Positions 39,501-52,811 of a DNA stretch of 64,000 nt are shown piece after piece. The stretch is taken from contig JBPGPT010000018.1 of assembly GCA_051047955.1 (NCBI GenBank), positions 124,001 to 188,000 on the forward strand. Direction: 5' to 3'. The position numbers were made by a program, and so were the translations under genes. This stretch comes from Cystobasidiomycetes sp. EMM_F5 (taxonomy: Eukaryota). Positions within the stretch are counted from its first letter, which is position 1; each line of letters starts with the position of its first letter. The notes beneath the pieces were generated by a model. That model saw nothing but the letters and a program-made list of their open reading frames with translations. It did not search any database and had not been told where the DNA came from.

Positions 39501-41109
39501 TTGCGGAGCTCGATGTGGATCTGGAGAATACGTTTATACTCGAAGCACATCTGCAATGTGCGGCAAATGAGATTCCGATACATCCGTATGTCTTGAGTTC
39601 CACATTCCCAGTTTGTAGTTGATTCTGACTGCCGCTGGTTACTCAGTATTGAAGACGCGCGATTCTTCGCCGGTAACGAACTCGTGCATTGGTGTAAAGA
39701 CCGTCTTGTAGAGGACGACGAAGGCTTCTTCTTGCCACACTATCGATACCGCCCGAATCCATCTCGACACGTCAACATCCGCACCACAGACGATGAGACG
39801 TATGCAGTAGTGGACACAACCGACGGCAAGTACAAAGTCCTGGAAGAAATTGAATGGGCTCGAGCTATATTCGAGCTGTACGAAGGGGCCATCTTTCTTC
39901 ATCAGGGTGCCAGCTTTCTTGTCAAAGAGATCAGCCACGATACGAGGATTGGCAAACTTGTGCTCGCCAATGTCGAGTGGACAACACGTCAGAGAGACTT
40001 CACGTAAGCGCTGGTCTCGCGCATCCTTTTTCACGAAATTTGACTAACATAACTTGCAAGTGATGTCGATGCTATCGAGACACTGAGAATCCGGGAACTC
40101 CACAACGCACCTCTGCCGGCTTACTACGGTCGGGTCAAAAGTAATAATCGCAGTATCTCCAATGCAGATCATAGCTGACCAGGCTCTTTTGGTAGTCACG
40201 TCCATCGTATTTGGCTATTTCAAGGTCGGAAGGCGCAATAACATCCTAGACGTAGTGGATATCGAGACGGTATGCTATGAAGTTTGCCTGTGCAATCTAT
40301 AGTATATTGACATGCTCGCACCGCCTTGACAAACAGCCACCGTTTATACGCTCGTCGCACGGTCTTTGGTTAGATGTACATCCAATGACAATCGAAATCC
40401 TACGCTCTAAAAACATCCACATAGCTGGCGCTATCCACGCTGCCGAGCATGCGCTACTCAACTTCATCTCTTCTGCCGGGGATGTCAGGACGGAGTGCAA
40501 GCCTGCCGAGAAGGAGTTTGCGTCTCGACGATCCACCCGCAAGAGGCCTGCCAGATTGACATTTTACGATGCAGCCGGGCAGAGTGGTGGTATCTGCGCG
40601 AAAGCGTTTGACAGGATAGGTAGTCTGCTCGTACAGGCTGCAGACCGGGTCATCGAGTGCGGATGCTCTGATGGTTGCCCGAGATGCATAGCGAGCTCCA
40701 TGTGCTCACAGGCCAACATTGTATCGTCGAAGCTGGGCGCCATGATTGTGCTTCAGACGTTGACAGGTAGCGTGCGATGCTCGCATGGACAATACCACAA
40801 CTGACGGAAACACCGGCAGGCCGTCACATCGACTTGGACATGATCCCGGTACAGGAGGAGATCAGTGGAGTCACTCCCAGCGAGACCATCATTTCGGTCG
40901 CTCCTGTCCGAGCCGGGCCAAATGTAATGATCTTGAGTACGGAAGGCACTCCTCTCTCTCCCGAGCAAAAGTCGGCGTCCCGATTTGCGGGCTTCTACCA
41001 CGACATGTCGGACGCTGCCGAAACCAACGGCAACAGGGATCAAGGCCTGTCTTGGGAAGCCTACAATGCCAGACTACCAGCAGAAAAGGGCGGTTTCCTT
41101 CGAATGTAG
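36556..41109 (+). CDS. HRQ1: Hrq1/MrfA-type DEAD/H-box helicase with DUF1998 (RecQ4-like)
   Basis: HQAEAI; STSSGKS; YPTKALAQDQ; VVDELH (spliced); CSAT; ATTALELGIDIG; QQAGRAGRR; HAAEHAL; CGCSDGCPRC. Confidence 0.92.
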
Positions 41110-41134
41110 CCAATATTCGTACTGAAGCCGAGCG

Positions 41135-41830
41135 TCAGGCTGCGGGGCGCGCGCGCTCTATCAACTTGTACATGAAGGTCGCCGCCGTGTAATGCTTGCC
41201 GTCGTTGAGAAGCGCATAGTCTGGAATTGCCCCAATCTTTGTGTATCCGGCTCTGACATAGAGAGATTCGGCGGGTCCGTCTGTTTCGGTGTCGAGGGTC
41301 AGTAGCCACCTGCTGTTGCCAACTGCGACTACTTCAAGCTGTTGGAGTAGTTCTATAGCCAGACCCTGCCTCCGAACGTCTGGATGTACCAGCATCTTGC
41401 ATACCTCGGCGCGATGCTGCTGGTTTCGCTGGTGGGCCAGTTTGAGAACGACGCAGCCAACGAGTTCATCCTCATCCTCCTGTGGTCCGAGCTTGCTGGC
41501 TCCGACCAAGAGCTGCTCTCCGCTTCTGAAGCTGCTGGCTTGCGACCTCCACCAGCCGAGCGCGTCGTCAAAGCTGAATGGCTCGACAAAGTTTACGCTC
41601 GCCCCGTCCTTTACGCAGGCAGTGAGGAGCCTTCCGAGCGCGGGCAGGACATTGTAGAATTCGAGAAATGGCACAACTCGCACGTCGAAACGCGGTGGAC
41701 TGGCTTCGTCGGCTGAAGCGTTTGGGGACGGCGAGACGTCGCTGCGGGTGGGAGTGATGGACCCGTCGCGGCCTCGTTGGCTACCACGTCCAGCCCTGTC
41801 GTACTTCTTCTTGTTGTAGCTTTCTGGCAT
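41135..41830 (-). CDS. GNAT N-acetyltransferase (Ttr-like), intronless
   Basis: GASVNF; HRAEVCKMLVHPDVRRQGLA; LLTLDTETDGPAESLY..GY..IG.IPDYA. Confidence 0.85.
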   Translation of the reverse strand: MPESYNKKKYDRAGRGSQRGRDGSITPTRSDVSPSPNASADEASPPRFDVRVVPFLEFYNVLPALGRLLTACVKDGASVNFVEPFSFDDALGWWRSQASSFRSGEQLLVGASKLGPQEDEDELVGCVVLKLAHQRNQQHRAEVCKMLVHPDVRRQGLAIELLQQLEVVAVGNSRWLLTLDTETDGPAESLYVRAGYTKIGAIPDYALLNDGKHYTAATFMYKLIERARPAA

Positions 41831-41981
41831 TGTCGTTGGTTGCCCGAGTTGGACGAAGAAAGACCTGAAAAGTGTTTGGAAATTGGTTGATGGTTGGCAT
41901 CAGACTGACGAGGCGATTTATTAGACTGACGCTGACGCTCATTGAGACATTCTAACACTCCATGCTGACCCACACACAGAC

Positions 41982-44900
41982 ATGACTGCCGTCCTCCAGC
42001 CCGTTCACGCGCAGTTTCCACATTATCACGGGGCAAGGAGGGCGTCCCACAGCGGATCCCATGCAGCCCTGACGCCGTCGCAACAGGATGTGGAAAGAGC
42101 CAGGCGTAATGCCCTCGACGCTCTGACTCGCGAAGCCGTCGGAGGGGATCTGTCAAATGCAGTGGAATCACAGCGAAACAGCCATGCCAGGTTGAAGGCA
42201 GAGGTGTGATGTGCTTTGCCGGAGTGTTCCATATTGGGCACTGACTCTTTGACCTTCGCAGCTGGAGATGTCTCATAGGCACATTGACAATCTACTCGGA
42301 TCGACACGAGCTCGGCTCTCTTCACTACGATTGCGCACACGTTACGCTCGCAACGAACACGACGCGCTCTGCTCAGAACTCGCGGATCTGCACGAAGCAC
42401 TCGTTTCTCCAGTGTCGACAACTGGGACTCCTCAGGACCAGACGCTACACGAGAGGCTTAAGGCTTACCAGCTGCGTTTGCGAAACTTGGAGAAGCTGGA
42501 ACGGTTGTTTGGCCTCCTGGGCAAAGCCGAAGAATTCAACTTGATCATCAAGGAGCAGGTCAAGCTTCCAAGCCTGGAGATGCCGAGACAGACCTACATC
42601 GAATTTATCGAGTTCGCTAACGAGATGAAAAAGTTGGGCGGGGACGATCACTCTGGGCTCGCCAAATCTGTAGATTTCGTTGGAGAAATGGCTAAAGACG
42701 CGTGGACAGCGTTACGGAAAACCAGTGAAGCGTACGTATCCTTACACACGTTCCACATCTGCGAGTGACATCTCAATTACCCCTAGTCGGCTTATTGCGG
42801 CTCTCGATGCTATGGGCTGGCCGGGAACCAAAGGATCCTTTGCAAAAGCCAACTTACCCCTGGAGTATGCCCGGAGTGCTGCTGCCAGACAATTTCGAAT
42901 GGCCTTTCTCGACTGTGTGGCTACCGAAAAGGCGTACGTTGATTCACGTACCGAGACAGACATTCACAATCTAAAACCTTGACTTTGTCGTTGTATCCAT
43001 TGCTTAGTCATGCAACCTCGTCGCAAGTAACCGACAACTCACCCAAGGTTGGATTACAACAACATATACCTGTACGTCTACCTATACAAGCGTTAGTGCA
43101 ACCGCTGGTTTTGCGATTCCGTTATCACTTCGATGGCAAACGACCGACAAACCGGCTGGACAAGGTGGGCATTCGAGACTACTCGTACGCTGTCTATCTC
43201 GACTGATGATGATCTACAGCCTGAGTGGTATTTTGCCAACATCCTAAACGCATTGTCCGATCACATCCCTTTCGTACGAAACGAAGTTCAGCGCCTTGTA
43301 GATGAGGCCGACAGCCATCCGGGCAGGTTATCGAATGCAAGCCGCGCAGAGGAAATCAAGATGGATACACCTGCAACAACGGACTTCATTACCGCAATGT
43401 TACGGCCCCTCGAGCGCAAGCTACGAGCTTCCATTCCTCAGCTTCTACAGCTATCCGTTCCAAATGTTCTTGCACACACTATCTACCAGGCTTTACAGTT
43501 TGATGCCGCTTTAGAGTCAATGTTTGGGTACCAGCCGATAAATACCCACTCGTATGGATCGCAGGGGGCCTGGCGTGGCACTGCTGATGTTATACTCGGT
43601 GACCGTGCTTGGTTCAACAGTTGGAAAGATGCTGAAAAGAAATGTAAGGAAGGGTCCTTTTCACGTCGTGGCTCATTCTAAGCTTTCGAGTGCCCGCAGT
43701 CATCGATGACCGTTACTATTCCATCATCTCGTCTCCCGATGCCTGGCACATCGTAGAAGACGATCCAAGTAGCGTTTCAACAAGTATCAGTCCATTATCT
43801 GCTTTACGACCGACCAATTCCGCATCGAGAATCCGCGATCTGTTCAATCAGACTACTGACCGTTATCGACCTCTCCCGCAATTCGAGCAACAGCTGCCGT
43901 TTTTGGTGGATATCCAGTTGCCGCTGTTGGACTCGTACATGTCGCGCATATCTAGCGCGATAGATGCATTCGAGAGCCTAGCGTTTGGCTTGATGAGGGC
44001 CGTGCCCGGATCATTGGCCAACGTAGCGGGAGAAGGCGCAACGTCCACGCGTTTGACGCAAGGCCTATCTGGGCTGCAGAGGTTGGTCCGGGCGGGTGTC
44101 TCGGCCGCATGGATGGAGCACCAGTGCGCCCAGTGGGCGGAAGATGTCTCCTTTCTCGCCATGTGGGAGAATATACGCGAAAGCGCGAGGTCTGATGCAG
44201 CCGTGCGGAACGCCTGTCAAAGGGTCTTGGAGTATCGGCCTGCTTCAATGCAAGCAGACCGTCAGCCAAGTAGTGGAAACAGCGATCTGTTTGGTGTCTG
44301 GGTTGAAGGCTTCCACGCTCTTAGTCAGCGGGTCGAGGACATGATTATCAAGCACATCGTTCGAGAAGTCACGTCAGAGCTGAAAGGCTACATTGCTAGG
44401 TGAGCCTGATATATCCGCGTTAGCAGCACTAAGTCTGACTGCAAGTATTGTTCAGGCGTTGGGAGGCGTTCGACGATTCCGATAACGATACGCCCTCCGT
44501 TACGACCGATTTGACTGCTGCGCTTACGGTGTTCACAGCCCTCTTATCGACGTTATCGGACAATGTCACAGCAGTGCAACTCTCTCGGTTGTATCGCCAA
44601 GTCGCCTCTCAACTTCAAGAATACATCATCACCCGAGCTCTGATTCCGAAAGTCTGGTCAGAAGCTGGGGCAAGACAGTTTGCATATGATGCCATGTTTG
44701 GATGGTGCGCCGCGGCGGAGAAGGGTTTGCGCTCACGCGTCAGACGTCCGGAAAATGCATTTCGTCGACTCCTGGACGCAGCAGCCATCATTAGCCTGCC
44801 AGGCGCGCAGTCTATATCAGCTGTCAAAGACGCTATCCCAATCAGCCGCTTGGTCCAGGCAGCTTGGGACGATGCCAACGATGCAGCATTCCTGGAGCTA

Positions 44901-44984
44901 CTATCGAAGATTGGCATCAAGGAGCTCACGACCAGGCGGGATGTCAAGGCTATATTAAGGAAGAGGCCAGAGTGCTGGCGATAA
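41982..44984 (+). CDS. TIP20: RINT1/TIP20 family ER-Golgi tethering subunit
   Basis: Signature RFRYHFDGKRPTNRLDK/PEWYF (spliced); HTIYQALQFD; C-terminal RRLLDAA..RPEC. Multi-exon. Confidence 0.85.
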
Positions 44985-45044
44985 CGACGCTATCATTAAC
45001 AATCGACAACCAATCGTTTCTCCTTCACGAAGAGGCCTCACAGA

Positions 45045-45321
45045 TTACTGCTGCTTCTTGCCAGGGTCGACTCTCATTTCTCCAGCTTCGGCCGTTTTCG
45101 CATCGGCACCACCGGTGCCGAGCCCAAGGGTACCATCTGGTCGTGTTGCTTTACCAGCGGTGTTCGGCTATCAATGTAAGGATCGCTCAGATCTTTGTGT
45201 AGCATCTAAGAGAAATTACACACACATCTGGGTTGGATGCAGACGTTGTGGCGTCGCCTGATGCTGGACCTTCACCCTTCTGGCCGCTAACCTCCAAGTG
45301 CTCTTTGCTGGGGGCATTCAT
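45045..45321 (-). CDS. Small 72-aa Gly-rich hydrophilic protein of unknown function (2 exons)
   Basis: acaATG context; exon 45321-45226, 58-nt intron gtgtgt..ctgag..tag, exon 45167-45045: MNAPSKEHLEVSGQKGEGPASGDATTSASNPDPNTAGKATRPDGTLGLGTGGADAKTAEAGEMRVDPGKKQQ*. Confidence 0.55.
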
Positions 45322-45573
45322 TGTGACGATACAGCCGTTTGGAGTGTTGTCAAGAGAACAAGCAGAGCCTTGGCTCCAGCTTTCCTTCAATTGCTCCCCC
45401 GCGCGTAGTTGTATGGGGAGCTCACGTGCCTGTATGGGGTTGCGACTCCCCTGACGAAACGGCAAAGTCGAGAGATGCCTCACTGTAGCGCACAAATGAA
45501 TAGATGGTGTTCTGGACATGTAGAGCGTTGTTACAACAGGAAGGGGCAAAGGATACTATTTCCTCTGTATGAG

Positions 45574-46421
45574 CTAGCTGTGCCGCAAGCGTTGTTGCTC
45601 TTGCGTCAGATTCCATCTTAGTCGCAAGCGCAGCGCTTCTGCAGTGTTTTGGTGCAGACTCCTTCTGTAGGCCTCCATCTCCGCTGGCTCTATATTCCCG
45701 CTTTGCGTACGGATCACCTGTCGATTCGCCAAACCAAGCTCTCAGCTTGGTCTTACAGGTCTGAGTAGGTTCAATGGGGACTTACCGTGCCAACACTGTA
45801 ACGAAGAGTGATTGAAGCGAACGTAAGCAGTATGATTGACCAGCGGGTCTCGCTTGACACTCACCCCATAAAGAGACCGAATGTGGCACCAGAACCAATC
45901 ATTGTCGTAGTGAGCTGGGACAACGCGCCTTGAGGACCGGCTCCGTTTCTGTGACAAGTGTTTGAAGGTTTCTGCAGTAAGCTACGGTGTCCTTGGGATG
46001 TCTGCGTAGCCGGCTTACCGTAATATGGAGAAGCTGCCAAATATGAAGCCCTATCCCAATCAAGAGTCAGTCGTTTGGTTTTCTGACCGATTAGGCGCCT
46101 GTTGTTGCTGCTCACGACTGTCGGTGCGGTTTGCGGAGAAACGAAGTGAGTCAGTCGTAAATTATGTTTTGAAAACGCGGAACCTACTGCAAAGACCGAC
46201 TGTGCCGCCCATCATGGCTCTGCAGGAGACTCTCAGCGAGTCAGCGTATGAAGTCGCAGTCGTCACCGTCACTGGCTCAGTCGCAGTCCGCACCCCATTT
46301 TAACTGATATATTGTGAGCCGTCAGCTCAGCCCGACATCCGAGCTTCCTGGACTTACGCTTCTGCATCGTCGTCTGCTCCACGGGAACGCCATGGCTGTG
46401 GTTGACGGGGACTGGCGGCAT
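45574..46421 (-). CDS. MGR2: Mgr2/ROMO1 TIM23-complex subunit, 8 exons, 125 aa
   Basis: Exons 46421-46358, 46303-46294, 46219-46188, 46117-46116, 46050-46019, 45948-45865, 45795-45786 and 45717-45574 give MPPVPV...QKLKMGAMMGGTVGLCIGFIFGSFSILRNGAGPQG...SGATFGLFMGVGTVIR, matching the Romo1/Mgr2 pattern. Confidence 0.9.
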
Positions 46422-46537
46422 GGTCAAGCTGAGGTGGTGGTGCGTTCAAGACTGACAGCTGTTGCGGCTCTCGTTTCGTCTAATAACAAGCTTGTTCGCT
46501 GTTACATTAATATTACTCTGGATACGATATTAGGTAT

Positions 46538-49500
46538 TCATGGTTGCGCTATATACTTCCCGCTCTGCGTTGCCCTGGCCACTTCTTGGAACGACGTGCC
46601 ATGGACATCGTCTAGCAATTGTATACCAATCCTGCTGGCCAACCTTCCTGGCAGTCTCCATGAAACTGATACTGGTTGTGCTTCGCCGATGCTTTCCACC
46701 TGCCATCTGGCCAGTATTTTGGCCATTCTCGAGGAAGTAATGTCCAAGTCGTCCATCTTCCACTGTATACGCCGCTTCTCATTGTTCCAAGATCCTTCAG
46801 GCTTTGTTTGCAGAGTCCCTGTGACGAGACCGCCAGGCGTGAGCACGCTAATTGTCACATCGTGTAGGACGGGCGGGGCAGTAGGTCCGACCTCGTCGCC
46901 TCCGCCAAAGGGGTCGTCTGCTGAAGCGGCAGATTCACCAGTAGAGAATCGACAATCGGGGTTGCCGTTGTATGTCATTATAAAGCTTGTTTGGTGCGGT
47001 TCCAGCTTCCACTGAGGCGCAATCTCTATGGGCACCAACAGCCGCATGTCCGTTCCTTCCGTTCGGACTTGATATTTGAATATCGTAGTGATGGAGCCAG
47101 CAGTTGCCGAGGCAGTCTGAAGAGCTGCAGTGTCTATTGTGAATTCATCCGATCGGCCGCCCACCGGTGTGAGGATTGAATGATTTGGCGAACTACGCTC
47201 CAAGCTATCGGAGCCAGCAATACGGATTCGCAGTTGATGATTAGCATCAAGCGATTTCGCAGTCAGCCCAATCTCGCCGGTAACCTTGAGCGCAGTGACT
47301 TTTCCGTTTTTGAACATGACATTGACGGTTTCGAGTACGGCAGCCCTGATGCCGTGTCCCTGAGGCTGGCTGAAGCCAACTGAGCCTACGGCTGCTCCAG
47401 TACCTCTACTCAAAGAACCTTGTTGCGAGGAAGCGGTCGAAAGCACGCTTCCAGCCCGGTCAGGTATAGCTCTATGGGCCATGCCTCCAAGCGGAGAAGT
47501 TGGGCGTGAGGAAGCAGAGAATCCAGAAGCAACAGGTGTGCTAAAATGGTCGATCGGGCTGGTAACAGAAGGTGCAGCATTTTGTCCGCTGATCGATGTG
47601 CCCGTTTGCTGCTTATGCAATTCAAGTATTTGGCTGACAGGTAGCTCTTCCGACGAGTTCGCTGCCGGATAGGCCGCAGATACTGCTGCAGGTCCAGCGC
47701 CACTAGTACTAGAGCTAATGGTACTCTGGCGGCTGGCCCGCTCTCTACCAGGTCCAAGCCGGGTTGCCCTGCGATTGACCGAGCCGGAGCCTGATCCACC
47801 TCCAGGTGCTGAAGACAGTAACGTATTCTTCAACTTGAGCATTGCAGCTTCTCGATCTGCTTCAGACTCCTGATTCGAGGAGGCGGGTTGTATAGCAAGA
47901 CTTCGCAGCGGTTGTCCAGAAGGCTGTGTTCCAGCATCGGAGGCAACATCGTCGTCATTCAGACTCATGAGATCCGCCTCGGGGGCTTGCTGATGTCCGT
48001 CCGAGGTTACACTTGGCGCTGCTGGTCTGTCGGCAGACGCGGATGACATGCTAGCTGCGAATGGGTTGTTGCTATTGCTTCGTTCTCGACCTTCGCTGAA
48101 TGGCCTATGCATCGTGCTCGGCGTGGACGTGGGCGCAATCGTTTCCATGCCTTGTCCAGTGCCGCGTATAGATTGTGTACCCAAAGGCGGAACATCCTCG
48201 TCTAGCGGACTCTGCACATTGGCATTCGCATTGCTACTCAAGCCGGTTTGCTGTCCGCGCTCCATCTCCTGTCTAGATTCGCGAAGAGCCCGCTCAAGGT
48301 CCGCTTCTTCTCGCTCTCTAGCCGACATTGCGCTTGCTTCGGTAGCGCGCCTATAATCGTCATCTCGAGTGCGAGCACCAGTCAAAGGTCCAGTAAGAGG
48401 TACTTCTGTAGCCTTGCTACCCTTTTCGCCCTTTCGCTTGAGTCCAAGCGACGAGAAAGACGGCATGAAGGAATCCCTATTCGATTTACGATTCTTCAAC
48501 CCATCTGGTCTCAAGCTAGACGAACCACCACCCCTGCCATCATTACTACCGCCAAATTCTTCTTCGCTGAGCGTTCGGCCAGCTCCAGTGGGTCGGCCAG
48601 GGCGGGAGAAAGCTTCCTCGTCGTCTGGCGACATCATAGGCGGGACTGGAGGCGGTGATGTAGCGCCACCACCCGCACCCTGACTGCCTTTCAAGCTGGC
48701 TCCCTGAGATGTCGACTTTCTTCGATCAAGCTTGTTACCGCGAAGAGCCGATAGGAAACCACCCTTCTTTTTGCCGCTCTTTTCGTTGATTGTATTACTG
48801 CCATCATCGTGATCTCGCTCGCTTGCGATGGAGGGAGTGTAGCCATTGCCGGTATGCGGAGGAGCGAGGCCAGAGCGGAATGCAGTAGAGTCTGTCCCAG
48901 ATCGCTGCCTACCAGGCGTGGGCACCGGAATTGGTGCAGGAGCAGGCGGTTCCGCTCGAGCCCGGGGCTTTGCCGGTCCATTATCTGCCATGCTGATCTC
49001 TGGAGATGCCAGTGGAACAGGGCTGGATGTAGCGCCATTTGCACCGGCAGGAGCGGTACTACCATCGGAAGTAGTACGGCCTTTGAAGCCTTCTTGTGAA
49101 ACAAAGTCGGTCAACTCTCCTTCCACTTCCCACCCAAGAATATGCGATAGACCGCGCTCGGCAGACTCCATGCGCTCCCGACCGAGGTCGTTGGACAAAG
49201 TCTCAAAGGTCGTGAGAAGCTGAGTGCGCAACGGGCAGATGTCAGGTCAGGGAATGGTAGTCCAAAGATGGCATACACACCTCCTTCATGCTGTTGAGTC
49301 GTCTAAAGTCGGCGACTTGATACTTCTTTAGCCATTCTGGAGCGGCTTCCCTCCAGGCCTGTTCGGCAGTCGCTACATCCTCCTGGAGCTGCGGTATGGG
49401 CTTCCTGGCAGCCGATGGGTTCGCTTGTGCCTAGAGACGAGTAGTCAACACGATCAAGCGCGCGGTTTGATGCATGTATTTTTGGTCCAACAAAGGAAGG

Positions 49501-50198
49501 AAGGGCGGGAGTGATGCAACAGAGTCAGCCGGGTTGTGAGAATGAGGGAGAAGGAAGGAGGTTGGAAAGTATAGTCTTATCAGGCCAGTCTGCCGTCGAT
49601 GTTACCACACTCGTGGCCGGGGTCGCCTTCTTACCCCGGATTGCGGGACGGGGTCTTCAGAGAGTCGCCGCTGCTCACCTTTGCGAGTTTTGCCTGGGCA
49701 CGCTCGTAGTGGTGATATCTCTCCCCGAGAGCCTGTCCGAGCTTGCCCAGCAGAGCATAGTCGTCTCCGGCGTTTGCCTGGGGGTTTCTGAGGGGCTGCT
49801 CGACCTGCTCTCTGATTCTCCTTGCAAAGTCCTCGTGGACGCGGACGAGATGGGCCGACTCGTACTCGAGGACCCTCTCGATGAGCTTGGACGAAGCTGG
49901 GCCGAGTGCGTGCTTCTGGAGGGGCGAGTAGCCTCCTCCGCGACTGAGTGATCCAACTGCGCCCGAGAGAGCTGCGGCGTAGGTCTGTTCGATCTGAGCG
50001 AGGCAGGCGTCAGAGAAGGTGTCCATATCTTCTTGTTTATTCATTCCAGCCCACCTCTGCTCGCTGCGCAAAGTAGGCCGCCAGCCGTTCCCGCACTTCC
50101 CTTCCGCCCTGGAGCCTCCTGGTGAGCAGGCCGTTTACTCGCTCGGCGTCGTCGCTGCCAAACGCGTCTGCGTACGCTGAGGGCGACAGGGACTGCAT
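46538..50198 (-). CDS. SYP1: Syp1/FCHo endocytic adaptor (F-BAR plus muHD)
   Basis: N-terminal YADAFG..YFAQRAEIEQTY F-BAR; long disordered linker; muHD with ETVNVMFKNG..VTGEI, KYQV, QWKLE, KPEGSWN, SGKYIA. Confidence 0.85.
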
Positions 50199-50335
50199 GG
50201 TTGATTGAAGAAAGAAGGAAAGAAAGAAAGAGATTACAAAGTAGATTATATTAATATTGATCGGATAACGACACAAACGACAAACGACAAGAGCTTTGCT
50301 TTTTATTCTTCCTTTCAACCACTTCTGTATCATTA

Positions 50336-52811
50336 ATGCAACAACGAGCGGCGACACGGCTGGTGTCTTTAATCCGCAACCGACGAGCAGGTCGATATGC
50401 CCGAAATTATGCAACAGCCATCAGCAACCCGGATGCCAGGCTGATCAGAGAGTCTCTAGACAGCATACACTCATTCACATCCCGCTCGACATCCGCACCC
50501 ACAGGGAGATTCGGATACCCTTCTCTGCAATCCCCGTCAGATTTCAAAAGATTGGCAGAGCAGACAATACGCAGGGCAAACGCCATAGTCGACAGGTTGA
50601 TAGCATTCGACCCGACCTCTTCCGAAACACAATCCTCTTCGTCCTCTCCAGCCCTCTCCTCCTTTGACGCCCAAGAACGCGCACTCCTCATCCAAGTCAA
50701 ACAGATAGACAGGCTCTCTGACCTGCTATGCGGTCTCATCGATGTAGCCGAGGTAGTCAGGTCGATGGATCCTGATCCGCACTGGGTCGCAGCGGCAGAT
50801 CAAGCCCACTCACACATGTGCTACTACATGAACACGCTCAATACGCACGTACAGCTCTATATCGCCTTGAAGCGCGTACACGATCCAGTCGCCAACGGAT
50901 CAGCGACGTCTGCCTCCACGTCTTCGCACAAGCAATCGACCCTCTTTCCCGCACTTGTTGTTTCAGCGCAATTCCTCGCAGATTTCGAAAAGAGCGGTAT
51001 ACACCTGCCCGACAGTCAGCGTAAACAGTTTGTCGACTTGTCTGATGAGATACTCACCTTAGGCAGAGACTTTACCAATCCACACAACCAACATAACACG
51101 ACGCACGTCATATCGATTGACCGAGAGGAAGTGGAAAAGGTCAGCAGGAGTATAGCTTCAAGATTACGGGGATGGGCAAAGACTCCCTGGAGTAATCAAA
51201 TAATGATTGATCCAACATCCCCGGAGGCCGTCTATCTTCGCTCAAACTCACATTCTTCTACCGTGCGAGAGGCCTTGTATCGAGCAAGTATCGCGTCGGA
51301 TGCACCACCGATACAGCATCGTGTGGAGCTTCTCAATACATTGCTACAGAAACGATACGACTTGGCACAACTGACTGGACGGCATTCTTTCGCTCAGGTC
51401 ACATTGGCCGACAAGATGGCTAGCAACCCTGAGAATGTAAAAGCATTCCTCAGTGGCCTCGTTCAGCAAAACAGGCCACAAGCTCTCGCAGAGTTGGAGT
51501 ACCTAAAACAAGCAAGGTCATCCCGTCACGGAGCGATTGGACATGACCAAGCAGTCCAGCCTTGGGACCGAGACTATCTCATCCAGCGAGCCTCACAGAC
51601 TCGATTTCCCTCTGCTCCTCCACAATCATCCATTTCCCCCTTCTTCTCCGTCGGGACATGTATAGCTGGCCTGTCCGCCCTCTTTCAACGACTGTATGGC
51701 GTCCACTTCGTTCTTGAGTCTCTAGCGCCAGGGGAGATGTGGTGTCCCAACGAAGTCCGTAAGCTGTGTGTCTACGATGAACGAGAAGGAAAGATTGGTA
51801 TAATCTACATTGATCTGTTTGCAAGAGAAGGAAAACCGAACGGCGCAGCGCACTTCACTGTCAGATGTGCAAGGCGCACAGACGATGATAATGCCGAGGT
51901 AGACGCCCAATTTGCAAAAACGGAAGACGGTCACGATCTCACCAACCCTGCTTTCCCGATACTGGAGAATGGCAAAGACGTGCGCACTACGTATAGAGGG
52001 CGTGATGGCGAGCATCAGTTGCCGGCTGTTCTCCTCACTTGTGAATTCGACAAGCCAGATGCTAGCAAACCTGGTCTGCTAGCATGGCAGGAAGTGCAGA
52101 CTCTATTCCACGAGATGGGGCATGCTATGCATTGTCAGTACTGATTATCGTATTATTACGGACGCATCCGCTAATCCGACTCTCTTCGCAGCTATGCTCG
52201 GTCGAACAGCCTATCATAATGTTGCTGGAACACGTTGCGCTACCGACTTGGTGGAACTGCCTTCTATCCTTATGGAGCATTTCTTGTCTTCGCCCGACGT
52301 CTTGAAACTCTTTGCAGTTCATCACTGTACTGGGGTATCGATGCCACTCGATCTTTGGCAGCCCATGGAAGCTGCGACTCGTGGCTTCAGCGCTCTCGAA
52401 ACAAATCTACAGATTGTGCTTGCGACTGCTGACCAGGCTTGTCATTCAGCACCAGAGTCCACGTCGCACGCTGGTTTCGATTCGACTACTCTTTGGCAGA
52501 ATGCGCACGACGGCATAGCTGTTATCCCACCTGCTTCAGGGACTGCTTGGCAAGCTAACTTTCATCACTTGGTGTGCTATGGCGCATCATACTATTCCTA
52601 TCTCTTCGATCGGGCTATAGCGAATCGCGTTTGGCAATCGCTGTTTGCAAACAACCCGCTCAGTCGAGATGCTGGTGAGAGGTACAAGGATCAGCTGTTA
52701 AGGCACGGTGGTGGAAGACAGCCGTGGGAAGCAGTCTCTGCAGTCCTGGACCAGGATCTCCGTGGTGATCATAGAGCTATGAAGGAGGTGGGATCGTGGG
52801 GTGTACAGTAA
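50336..52811 (+). CDS. OCT1: Mitochondrial intermediate peptidase (M3A)
   Basis: Arg-rich presequence; DRLSDLLCGLID; DFEKSGI; DLFAREGK; AAHFT; zinc motif FHEMGHAMH; ELPS; YYSYL. One intron ~52134-52190. Confidence 0.95.

Noticed and set aside
45700..46150. Possible non-coding or snoRNA-host transcript
   Set aside because: The splice signals resolve into the coding exons of MGR2.
50336..52811. MIP as a marker of a homeodomain (HD) mating-type locus
   Set aside because: MIP flanks HD genes in many Agaricomycetes, but here its neighbours are SYP1 and kinases, and I found no homeodomain (WFxNxR-like) ORF in the window.
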